A DNA stretch of 38,920 bases, from contig JBNPEG010000220.1 of the NCBI GenBank assembly GCA_051117555.1, forward strand, positions 1 to 38,920. The letters run 5' to 3'. Below, piece by piece: positions 9,696 to 18,510 of the stretch (the first letter of the stretch is position 1; every line of letters starts with the position of its first letter). This DNA is from Elainellaceae cyanobacterium. Its GTDB lineage: Bacteria; Cyanobacteriota; Cyanobacteriia; CAZCXK01. The notes under the pieces were generated by a model. The model was not told where the DNA came from. It worked only from the letters and a program-made list of their open reading frames with translations, and ran no database searches. A program made the translations under genes and the position numbers.

Positions 9696-12600
9696 TAGGG
9701 TAGAATGTCAAACGTCGTTCGGATTCGGATTCCAGCGACGGTTTCACTAAACTCGTCACGCTGTTGCAGCGTCACACCAAGACGCGTATTCGGATTTGAT
9801 AGCAACGGAAAGTCGTAGAACACCTCCACTACGTCAGGGGTTTTATCGTCGCGCTCTTGCCGCAGGTCGTCGTTTGACAAGGCACGACCATATGCCAAGC
9901 CCAGCCGGTCATTGCGCATAAACACATCCAGAAAGTTAAAGCCACCGCTAAACGTATCCGCAGACACCCCCGCATCGAGGTTTTCATAGCGTCCGTAGCG
10001 GCCAAAGAGTCCCATGTTGATTTCTGGGATAAATAATTCAGCATTGAAGCCAAACGACTCTTCGCGATCGCCCTCTTCGATACCAAACACGTCATCACCG
10101 CGGTCAAACCCAAAGATTTCAGGCGGGCCATCATTCGTTCCGCCGTCACGAGCAGAGACGTAGGTGCCCCGCAAAATCAGGTTGCCAACCCGGAACCCCA
10201 CTTCACCGGCAAACCCATCCAGATCAAAATCGCCAATGCTGCGATCTGACGAGAAGGCGGCGGCTCGCACATCCAAATTATCGGTTGGACTAAAATTAAT
10301 CAGCGCCCCCGGACGAGACCCAATGGCATTGGCAGCCAGTGCAGGGTTGGTTTGAAACACCGGATTAAAAAAGTGAGTCAGCGAATCTTTTGCGAAGCTG
10401 TTGCGATCAAAGTACGACGTTAAGTCTAGTTGACCCACGACAAAGCGCAGATTAGGAAGATCGCGCAATGAAGCGGCAAGATACAGCTCGTTGATATTAA
10501 AGCCCTCAGTTTCAGAGTCGCTAAACGCAGTACCCTCGGTTAAATCAAGGGCGCCCCCTACAAGAATTTGAGGCGTTAGATAGTAGGTGCCTGATAGTCG
10601 AGCACGGGCAGAGAAATCGTCATCCACCAAAATTCCCGCACCTTGCAGTTGCAGCGTCGGAGGAGTCACTGGTGTGCGATCTGTCAGCGAGTCTTGCTGA
10701 ACGTTGGCCGGAGGCGTCGGTGGCGGAGGAAATGTGGATTCAGGAGTCTGAGATGAGGGAAACGGAGCAGTCTGAGCAGTATTAAATACCGGCTCTACTG
10801 GAATCAGAACCGGAAGCGACGGATCAGCCTGCCCAGCTAAGGCTCCCGATTGCCAAAGGGGCACCTCATGGCTCACAGGTGGGTCAAATGGGTCGGATGG
10901 GACAAATGTGGGTGGGGTCGCTCGGTTCGGCCCCACTGAGGGAAATACCGCTCCCGCATACGTGACTAATGGAGACACGGTTGACGGATATGGAGCCCTA
11001 GGATTGTAGGCTCCCGCTGACGAATGCGGAGAATTGGGATTGTAGGCTCCGGTTGCCGAATACGGGACTGGATAGGCTGCATCTGACCGGGGTGTAACCG
11101 ATGGCGTTTGACTCGCAAACGCCATCGGAGAAATGCGGTCTGATGACTCAAATGACGAATTCATGCCTGAATTCCCGCGATCGGGACCGACAGATTGTCC
11201 TGCCGGTGATTGATTGAGCGCTGTGACAGGAGCAAATGGAGCAGACGGATTGAACGCCACCGGGTTCGGAGATGAATGGGTGCCTGCGAATGATTCCTCA
11301 GTTGCTGCTACAGGTGGGGGGAGTGTCCACGGCGCCACGGCGACAGGCAAGGGAATAGAGTCGGGTGATGCGGGCGTGGCTTGCTCCCGTGGATAGGACT
11401 GAGGAATAGGAATTGCAGCCGTGTAATTCTGAGGTTGCTCCGCTGGTGTGCCAACATTCACCCCGGCTGCAACTGGAAGTGACGGTGGTGGCGGTAGCGT
11501 ATCAGAGCCAGAGCGATCGCGACCCATCGGAGGATTCATAGGTACAGCAATCAAGATAGGTAATACGCCTTGCACCTCCTGAAGCGACATTGCATCCAGA
11601 CTGGCAGTCGGCAGTGAAGGATGCAGATGCGCTAGCGGGACAGAATGGGGCGATCGTGCCAATGGAGACACGTCCGATTCAGGGTGAGTTCCGATTGGAG
11701 ATCCGCCCAAAGTCGGCACTTGCGGCATTGAAGCGTGTGGAGATGTGAAGTCAGAGTTGTAGGCGATCGCGTCTGACGTTGGCAATTCGACTTCAACGGG
11801 AGGTTGGAAGGTAAATTGGTTCCTCGATTGATAGGCTTCTTGAACGGGTGATACTGAAACCGTTATTCCGGTCGAATGATGCGGTGCCAATCCATCTGCA
11901 TCGTCTGAATCTTCCTGTAGATTTAGCGAAGCATCAAGAGACCCATCAACGGATTCATCGAGGTCAGGATTAATTTCATCAGTCGCTGAGTTCTCTGTGA
12001 AATTAGAACTATAGGCAATCTGATTCGCGTTTACGTCAGAGTCAGATCCACCGGAGTCATTCCACTGTTCCTCAAACTCTAATATCGGGAATGACTGCGA
12101 TGCAGATGCTATTTCCCGGGTTGAATGAGTCTGGGTTGCACGCTCGAAGGAGGGGCGATCGCCTTGCAATGTCGTCGAGATGGACGCTGCTGGAGTTGCA
12201 CCTGGGGTATGCGACGGTTGAGAGATATTAGCAGCTTGAGACTGCGAGGGGATTGTCTCAGTTGCCGAATCTAATTCAATCTCTGCGGGTTCAGCATGAG
12301 GTAGACGATGGACAGATGAGGGTTCAAATTCGACCTGAACCGCCGTGGATGGCAACATGGATAGAGCAGATTCGGGATCAGCTAACTGCGAAACCAAATC
12401 AGCCGTTTCGTGGTCATCAGGAAGATCTGCCCCCGTGTATGAGAAACGAATGGATTCACGATCGCTCTCATCTACGACCCATGATTGAGACGCCAGCGGT
12501 GGAACACTCCTCTCATCATCGCTCGATTTGACTTGTAGTGCCGTTAGCGCTAGTAATGTATCGGCTTGATGTCCGTCTGGTAAGTCATGCTCACGAGGTG

Positions 12601-12775
12601 CTTCAATGTCATTTGAACTAATAGTATCCGCCGAATTGTATGAAGTTGCGGACGCAATATCTGCACTCAGACCAACGAGCACCAGACTAATTCCTATCCA
12701 CATCAGATTGGAGTTAGATGCCGTCCGATCGGGGCGTAGAAGAAGTTTAGGTAGATTTTTAGATGGCTTAGTCAT
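9695..12775 (-). CDS. Exported protein with about 650-aa low-complexity Ser/Pro/acidic N-region and C-terminal carbohydrate-porin (OprB-like) beta-barrel
   Basis: 1026 aa. Signal-like N-terminus; the C-terminal ~320 aa has alternating amphipathic strands and the motifs INELYLAA, FVVGQLDLTSYFDRNSFAKD..THFFNPVF..NPAL, GLFGRYG, DRLGLAYG and EVFYDF. First gene of the bcs operon. Confidence 0.7.
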   Translation of the reverse strand: MTKPSKNLPKLLLRPDRTASNSNLMWIGISLVLVGLSADIASATSYNSADTISSNDIEAPREHDLPDGHQADTLLALTALQVKSSDDERSVPPLASQSWVVDESDRESIRFSYTGADLPDDHETADLVSQLADPESALSMLPSTAVQVEFEPSSVHRLPHAEPAEIELDSATETIPSQSQAANISQPSHTPGATPAASISTTLQGDRPSFERATQTHSTREIASASQSFPILEFEEQWNDSGGSDSDVNANQIAYSSNFTENSATDEINPDLDESVDGSLDASLNLQEDSDDADGLAPHHSTGITVSVSPVQEAYQSRNQFTFQPPVEVELPTSDAIAYNSDFTSPHASMPQVPTLGGSPIGTHPESDVSPLARSPHSVPLAHLHPSLPTASLDAMSLQEVQGVLPILIAVPMNPPMGRDRSGSDTLPPPPSLPVAAGVNVGTPAEQPQNYTAAIPIPQSYPREQATPASPDSIPLPVAVAPWTLPPPVAATEESFAGTHSSPNPVAFNPSAPFAPVTALNQSPAGQSVGPDRGNSGMNSSFESSDRISPMAFASQTPSVTPRSDAAYPVPYSATGAYNPNSPHSSAGAYNPRAPYPSTVSPLVTYAGAVFPSVGPNRATPPTFVPSDPFDPPVSHEVPLWQSGALAGQADPSLPVLIPVEPVFNTAQTAPFPSSQTPESTFPPPPTPPANVQQDSLTDRTPVTPPTLQLQGAGILVDDDFSARARLSGTYYLTPQILVGGALDLTEGTAFSDSETEGFNINELYLAASLRDLPNLRFVVGQLDLTSYFDRNSFAKDSLTHFFNPVFQTNPALAANAIGSRPGALINFSPTDNLDVRAAAFSSDRSIGDFDLDGFAGEVGFRVGNLILRGTYVSARDGGTNDGPPEIFGFDRGDDVFGIEEGDREESFGFNAELFIPEINMGLFGRYGRYENLDAGVSADTFSGGFNFLDVFMRNDRLGLAYGRALSNDDLRQERDDKTPDVVEVFYDFPLLSNPNTRLGVTLQQRDEFSETVAGIRIRTTFDILP

Positions 12776-13180
12776 TCAACAATCAGTTCCAGGTGAATTC
12801 TGTATTGGATCCGTTGCAAGACACAGCCATGCGAACATGGGGTCTAATTCGCAGGGCAATAATGCACTCCCAATCCAAATTGGCGATCGCCCAAATTTAA
12901 GGAGATGCGTAATTCTCGTAGTCAGAGTGACCCACTACTATTTGCGAGATTCAAAGCTTGGTAGATACCGACGAGAATCAAAAAATAACGTACTGTTACG
13001 ACCTAAATACGGCGCAGGTTTCGAATACGATTCTCAGATTGGTAGATACGTTTCAAAGACGAAACTTGCAAAATTGGTTTTCCGGATGCCTGATTTTAAT
13101 CTCTGTTATTACATCCAGGACTAACCATGCGTATCCGGAACTAAAACTAGCGCAATTGCAAAAAACTTCTTCGACAGATT

Positions 13181-13978
13181 ATGCTAATTCCTATCCCTCA
13201 ATCCGTTTCAACTGTAAACAATGCATACCTAGCTCTCCAGCGGTTTGTAGTACTGAGCGTAGCGTTGCTATTACTCATTGTCTGCACGAGCTGTTCCACC
13301 GTTTCAGAGTGGTTTCAGACTAAAGTTTCACCATCTCCCCTAGAGCTGACGATTTTGCAGGTAGAACCCGCACTTCGTCCCGGCATTTACACGGTGTTAG
13401 GAAGCACAACGCTACCCGAACAAGCTCAAATCACAGTGTCCGCAGTTCGCCTGCTCGAAGACTCCCAAAGTACCAATAGCGAAAATGCTGAACCGACCTA
13501 CGAAATTTTAGATCGGCAGTTCGTGATCGTTGAGCAAAGAAACTGGCAAGCAGACTTAAATCTGTGGCGTGTTGCCTCAGACGGCACATTCCAAGAGGCA
13601 TGGCAAATTACTCAGCAGTATCTGACGACGCAGTTCGAACCCTTGCCTGAGGTGACATTTACAGCTACCTTTGACCCAGCACAGCAACCGTCTAGCTTTC
13701 AAGAGCAAATTGAAGAAGAAGGAAACTTAGCCCGACAAACCCTAGCGCAATATAACTCAGACGGAGAACTTTACCTGCAAACCAGCAGAGACTTGACTAT
13801 TGCCTTACCTACCGGAAGTACTGCTCCACCAGAGGTATCGTCTTCTCTCGTCAAAACTATCAGACGCCAGGTCAAGCCTGAAGTTGCTGATACTGCACCA
13901 TCCGGCACAGTGGGTGAATCAGCCACAGCTCAAAGTCGATCCGACGCACCCCTCTCACCCAGAGAGTATTTGCGATGA
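13181..13978 (+). CDS. Hypothetical lipoprotein, divergent from the bcs operon
   Basis: 265 aa. Hydrophobic stretch VVLSVALLLLIVCTSC (lipobox-like) followed by a beta-rich soluble region; ends at a bidirectional terminator. Confidence 0.7.
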   Translation: MLIPIPQSVSTVNNAYLALQRFVVLSVALLLLIVCTSCSTVSEWFQTKVSPSPLELTILQVEPALRPGIYTVLGSTTLPEQAQITVSAVRLLEDSQSTNSENAEPTYEILDRQFVIVEQRNWQADLNLWRVASDGTFQEAWQITQQYLTTQFEPLPEVTFTATFDPAQQPSSFQEQIEEEGNLARQTLAQYNSDGELYLQTSRDLTIALPTGSTAPPEVSSSLVKTIRRQVKPEVADTAPSGTVGESATAQSRSDAPLSPREYLR

Positions 13979-14059
13979 GTCAACGCTTCACTCAACTCAG
14001 TTTGAGCTGACGTAAAAAGTTGGCCGTTTCGCATCCCCCTAGCACAGCGGAGACATGTC

Positions 14060-14096
14060 AAAAAAGGCTGAGCAACGATCGCTCAGCCTTTTGTTT
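14060..14096. terminator. Bidirectional rho-independent terminator
   Basis: AAAAGGCTGAGC (14062-14073), 7-nt loop, GCTCAGCCTTTT (14081-14092), between two convergent genes. Confidence 0.85.
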
Positions 14097-14916
14097 AGGC
14101 GGCAGGGGACGAGAGGGGACTGTGCCCGTGATGAATGGATGATGCTGAATCACTCCGATGCAGTTTCTCAACCTGAACCATGACCTGCTTGAGATTACTA
14201 AGCAGTTCGTTAAGCTGAGCCGCATTTTCATGGGAATCATCTTCAAATTGTGGCGGCATTTCAGTGTTTCCGTCTTGGCCAACAGCAGGCCGCACAAAGC
14301 CATTTAGCGCTTGTGCAGAAGGCATTGCAGTGGCTGCTGGATGCTGAGCGTGGCGACTGGAAGGGAGTGGAGGTTTTGCGCCATATTGAGGAACAGAGGC
14401 AGGTCGAACATCCGTTGGCACAGAGTTTGATACTTGATAATGCTGAGTCTGTGTGCTTGGTGTTCCAAAACTATTGGAAGAATCTAGTTGACGGGGAACG
14501 ACAAATTGATGGTGATGGTTAGCTACGTCACTTTCAAATCTATCATTATCAATAAAGGACGCTAAACCGGATGCTTCAAGTCTTGCATCAGAAAACTTTA
14601 GCCGCTCAACTAATGCGTCTCTATCCTGTAGTTCTTTCTGAAGCTTTGCGATTTCATCCTTTGATTGAGAAAGTCTACCAGACGATTGACTCCAACCCAG
14701 CATAGTTAGGCTCATAACACCCACACCGAGACTAGCTGCAGTCGCAATACCAAGGTAAGGGCCAGCCAACTCCTTGAGCTGACCGACAAACACGGGATTA
14801 TCTTCCACCTGAATGGTTACAGGCTGAGAATCTAGAGCTGCCATTGGGAGAGTAGAGGCGCAGAAAACCGCCCCTGACAGCATTGCAGAAGAGAGTAGAT
14901 AACGTGGAATACTCAT
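14095..14916 (-). CDS. Hypothetical membrane protein (two hydrophobic segments, coiled coil, low-complexity tail)
   Basis: 273 aa. GGAG precedes the ATG; hydrophobic segments at about aa 5-27 and 54-75; coiled coil SKDEIAKLQKELQDRDALVERL. Confidence 0.7.
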   Translation of the reverse strand: MSIPRYLLSSAMLSGAVFCASTLPMAALDSQPVTIQVEDNPVFVGQLKELAGPYLGIATAASLGVGVMSLTMLGWSQSSGRLSQSKDEIAKLQKELQDRDALVERLKFSDARLEASGLASFIDNDRFESDVANHHHQFVVPRQLDSSNSFGTPSTQTQHYQVSNSVPTDVRPASVPQYGAKPPLPSSRHAQHPAATAMPSAQALNGFVRPAVGQDGNTEMPPQFEDDSHENAAQLNELLSNLKQVMVQVEKLHRSDSASSIHHGHSPLSSPAA

Positions 14917-15197
14917 TGCTCACTCCGTTTAGTTGACGAATAGGCGGTTATCAAGTCACTAAATAGAAGAAGCACCCAAGCGATAACTGGCTCATGTTCG
15001 CTACTTAATCGAGTCCGCAGGTTGATAATGTTTACATAGTCAACCTCAAGCAGCTTGATCTCAGACTAACTTCCTTCTAAGTAGATTGCCGTATGGATGT
15101 GATGAAGAGTACTGAGGTGTCGATAAAGCCCTGGTAAACTTTTAATACGTGAATTTTGACGAATTGTATCTGCTTCAAGTTTTTTCTAAAAACTAAA

Positions 15198-15226
15198 AGT
15201 TAAGGATTGCTCCGAAATCCTTAACT
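15198..15226 (-). terminator. Terminator-like hairpin in a long intergenic region
   Basis: 11-bp perfect stem AGTTAAGGATT/AATCCTTAACT with a 7-nt loop, followed on the minus strand by TTTAGTTTTT. Confidence 0.5.
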
Positions 15227-15269
15227 CAAAACAGTTTTGTGATTAAAAAATATGGGTTTGAGGGCTAAG

Positions 15270-15311
15270 ACATTAACGTCAATACGTCGAATCAATTGTA
15301 TAGATTGGTAC
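15270..15311 (-). promoter_or_regulatory. Candidate NtcA-activated promoter (GTA-N8-TAC-N22-TAN3T)
   Basis: GTATAGATTGGTAC at 15298-15311. On the minus strand exactly 22 nt separate it from TAATGT (15275-15270). Confidence 0.5.
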
Positions 15312-15663
15312 GTTTATAGTAGTTTGACTCAATAGTTTTTGGGTTGCATGTCAAAAGCAATACAGAATTTGATGGGATATGAAACGCCTCAATGTTGTAA
15401 TTTTGTCATAAAAGCCACTCAGTTAGGAGCTTTTAAGGAGCCTTCAATAAGGCTTTAAATTTACTTCACCTAATCGGACGGAGACCTTAATGAGATTGAC
15501 ACAGGTGTATCAATAGGTTGATCTGAGTGCATGGTCAGCACCTAATCAGTCAATTCTTAATTATGAAGCTTGAGATATAACGGTGCGCTTGAGTCTAAGT
15601 ACGGTAGTTTGGGACGCGGCCCATACCATCATTTCTGTACGTAACGCAATTGTGAATTACTGT

Positions 15664-15700
15664 TAAACCCCTGCCCTACTTGATTAAGGACAGGGGTTTA
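15664..15700 (-). terminator. Rho-independent terminator of the GH9 gene
   Basis: TAAACCCCTG/CAGGGGTTTA 10-bp perfect stem, extendable by a G-U pair and CCT/AGG on the minus strand, 73 nt after the GH9 stop. Confidence 0.65.
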
Positions 15701-15773
15701 TATTGAATTCTTTGTGCTGTATGTCCAAAATGGTAGACGAATATTGTGGTAGATGAACAGTAGTGAATCGGGC

Positions 15774-18383
15774 TTAGACGACATCTGGCACAACAATACC
15801 AGGTAGGCTGTTAAGCTGATTGTCATTCAAGGGCTGACCGCCAAAGGTGTCGTATAAGCGGGCAAGCGCTCCGGTAAAGCCTGCATTATAGTCAAGCGCG
15901 ACTTCATTGCGAATGTAATCCGTGCGAGAGTCTACATAGTCATTATCATTGGGAGAAGCAGGACCGCCGACAAGGGCTCCAAAGAGAATGTTGTCGTTGG
16001 GCGCTGAGTCATTGATATTACCACCACCATGAGCACTCCGATGATGGGGATTTAATGGGAAATCATCACCAAACCCGACCATGTAGCTGAAGTTATTCGG
16101 ATTATCACCCAAGATATAGTCAATTTGATCGTCTGCAAAATCAGCATAGCGATCGCCATAATCATTGACCGTATCGCTATACACTCCAGCGATAAACGCA
16201 GTATTGGCGCTATACCTCAACGCACCCCACTGGTCTAACCAAGCAAGCCCTCCCGACGTATATTGGATGCCACCATTCTTGTCAGACCAATAATTGAGCC
16301 AGCTTTCCGCATCTTGCTTGTATTCAGACTTGCCTGTCGCTTGAGCCAGCAGTACAGCAGCGCCATATGACTTGTCATCCCAGTTTTGCGTCCATTGGGG
16401 GTTCACGCCCTGATAGTACTGTTCTGCTTTGTCTAAATAGGTGCGATCGCCCGTCGCTTTATAGAGCCACGCGGCACTCCACGATAGTTCATCCATGTAG
16501 CCGCTCCAGGAATTGTAAAAGGAACTAGCATTAGGAATCGCATCGGAATACTTGCCGCGATAATCGTCCGCAAACTCAAAGAGCTGCTCGGCATTTTTCA
16601 GCAGGCGATCGGAATAGTTGGAGTCTCGATCTTTGAACACAATCGATGCGGCTGCCAATGCTGCCGCCGATTCGCCCGCCAGGTCAGACCCTGGATTTTG
16701 TCGATCAATCTTAAACGCAGGGCGCTCCATTGACATTTGCTCAGCAGGTCCCCAGTAGGCATGATCGACATTGCCATCGCCCACCTGGCCCCAAAATTCT
16801 TTGGTGCCCTGGCTATCTGTCACGTGGGCTTTGAGGATATAGTCTGTACCCCACTTGATAGTATCGAGTACTTCATCGAGCTGACCGCTCTGTTGGTAGG
16901 CATCACGATATTCCACGACTCCCCAGCTCAACATCGTCATTGATGATGCCATCGGGAACCCAAACTTGACATGATCGCCTGCGTCATAATAGCCGCCTGA
17001 CAAATCAACACCTACGTCTGATCCATCATCTAAAGCAGAATCGCCTCGCCATTCAATGCGAGTGTCGTCCGGAAGAGGACCTGATCGCTGTGCTTCGAAA
17101 AATAGGAGTGACTTTTGCAACGCTTCTCCGTAGTTGAAGTCGCCTTGTTGAGACGATCCTGACTTGCCCGGATCAGGCGATGGAGAATCTGAATCAGGGG
17201 GATTCACAGGATCAACGGGAGCTGGGTCGGGTGAGTTGGTAGGAGGTGATGTCGGAGGAGACGGAGTAGTTGGATTAGACGGTAAACTCGGAGATGGGGC
17301 GATCGCCTTTCCATTTAGCTCATAGTTGCTTGGCTCAGAGGCAGAACCCTCACCATTAAAGCCAAAGGAAATCGTTTGATCAGGAGCAATTTTCCCGTTC
17401 CAACTGACATTGCGAATCACATAGCGATCGCCCGTCCGACTCACAATTTCGGCATTCCAAATATTGGTAATCTCAAACGGGGCTTCAAATTCGACCGTCC
17501 AACCATCCAGAGTTTGACTTCCTGTTTGGGTAATCGCCATGCTTCCCGTAAATCCACCATTCCGCTCATTGGCGACCGAAAAATCAATCGGGGCGGGGTT
17601 AGCAGAATCACGAGCAGTAGTAGGCGTAGGTGCAGGTGCAGGTGCAGGTGCAGGTGCAGGTGCAGAGTCGTCATTGTCAATCAGGGTTGCAATGCCTTGA
17701 GCATCACCTAGGAGAGCATTAGTAGCACCAGACAGATTTAGCTCAAACCGCTCATCTGCCTCGACGGTTGGGTCGTCAAGCACTTCAACCGCAATTGTCT
17801 TAGACGTTTCACCTGGCATAAACGTTAGTTGCCCTGACTTGCGCCGATAATCTGACCCCGCTCGCGCCGTATCAGAGTTGGTAGAATATTCAACCGTCAC
17901 CTGTTCAAGACTCGGAGCCGACAGGCTCACCGTGAAGTTGGCGTGAGAATCACTCCCTTCAGTAGCAGTGGTATTGGCGATCGCCAGTTCGGGCATGGGC
18001 GCAGGCGTTGGAGCAGCAGAAGGAGCAGGAGACGGGTCTGGATCAGGCGTGGGGGCTGGAGCCGGGAGACGTCCGTTGATGGCATTCCCATTCAATCGAT
18101 AATTCTTAGGTTCAATGGTCATGCCGTCAGAATTTTTGCCATTGAAGCCGAATGTTATCGTACCGTCGGGGGGAATAGTACGATTCCAATCAGCATTTTG
18201 AATCACGTAGTGATTTCCATCACGGCTGACAATTTCGGCATTCCAGAGATTAGTGATTTCAAACGGCGCATCGAATTCAAGCGTCCAACCCTCCAAAGGG
18301 GATGATCCTGGATTCGTAATCGATAGGTTACCAGTGAACCCTTGTCCCCAGTCGTTAGCAATGGAAAAGTTAAAAATATCCAT
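15774..18383 (-). CDS. Modular endoglucanase: CBM2 - Calx-beta - CBM2 - GH9
   Basis: 869 aa. Two CBM2-like units (NDWGQGF..GWTLEF..ITNLWNA..WN..I.P..TITFGFNG), a Calx-beta unit (VTVEYST...TA.AGSDY...G.LTF.PGETSKTI.V.VLDD..VEADE.F), Pro-rich linkers and GH9 motifs (GGYYDAGDHVKF, NPHHRSAH, YIRNEVALDYNAG). Confidence 0.92.
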   Translation of the reverse strand: MDIFNFSIANDWGQGFTGNLSITNPGSSPLEGWTLEFDAPFEITNLWNAEIVSRDGNHYVIQNADWNRTIPPDGTITFGFNGKNSDGMTIEPKNYRLNGNAINGRLPAPAPTPDPDPSPAPSAAPTPAPMPELAIANTTATEGSDSHANFTVSLSAPSLEQVTVEYSTNSDTARAGSDYRRKSGQLTFMPGETSKTIAVEVLDDPTVEADERFELNLSGATNALLGDAQGIATLIDNDDSAPAPAPAPAPAPTPTTARDSANPAPIDFSVANERNGGFTGSMAITQTGSQTLDGWTVEFEAPFEITNIWNAEIVSRTGDRYVIRNVSWNGKIAPDQTISFGFNGEGSASEPSNYELNGKAIAPSPSLPSNPTTPSPPTSPPTNSPDPAPVDPVNPPDSDSPSPDPGKSGSSQQGDFNYGEALQKSLLFFEAQRSGPLPDDTRIEWRGDSALDDGSDVGVDLSGGYYDAGDHVKFGFPMASSMTMLSWGVVEYRDAYQQSGQLDEVLDTIKWGTDYILKAHVTDSQGTKEFWGQVGDGNVDHAYWGPAEQMSMERPAFKIDRQNPGSDLAGESAAALAAASIVFKDRDSNYSDRLLKNAEQLFEFADDYRGKYSDAIPNASSFYNSWSGYMDELSWSAAWLYKATGDRTYLDKAEQYYQGVNPQWTQNWDDKSYGAAVLLAQATGKSEYKQDAESWLNYWSDKNGGIQYTSGGLAWLDQWGALRYSANTAFIAGVYSDTVNDYGDRYADFADDQIDYILGDNPNNFSYMVGFGDDFPLNPHHRSAHGGGNINDSAPNDNILFGALVGGPASPNDNDYVDSRTDYIRNEVALDYNAGFTGALARLYDTFGGQPLNDNQLNSLPGIVVPDVV
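17628..17663. repeat. 6 x 6-bp tandem repeat (AGGTGC) encoding an (AP)6 linker in the GH9 protein
   Basis: Six perfect units read directly from the sequence. Confidence 0.9.
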
Positions 18384-18427
18384 CTGAGTCCTAGTGTGAA
18401 GTCACAACAAAGCGAGCAAACTGGTTG

Positions 18428-18510
18428 ACAGCATTTGCATGAAAAAAGCAGGTGCTATGCTTTCCCATCGGAGCGGAAGGCAGAAGCACCTGCTTATTCA
18501 AAATTGCTGT
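18428..18510 (-). promoter_or_regulatory. Long hairpin with U-tract just upstream of the GH9 start (terminator or attenuator candidate)
   Basis: AAGCAGGTGCT (18446-18456)/AGCACCTGCTT (18485-18495) plus inner and outer imperfect stems; A6 at 18442-18447 gives U6 on the minus strand. Confidence 0.5.

Noticed and set aside
12606..13323. Plus-strand ORFs of 172 and 121 aa across the bcs promoter region
   Set aside because: They overlap real genes and show no protein-like features.
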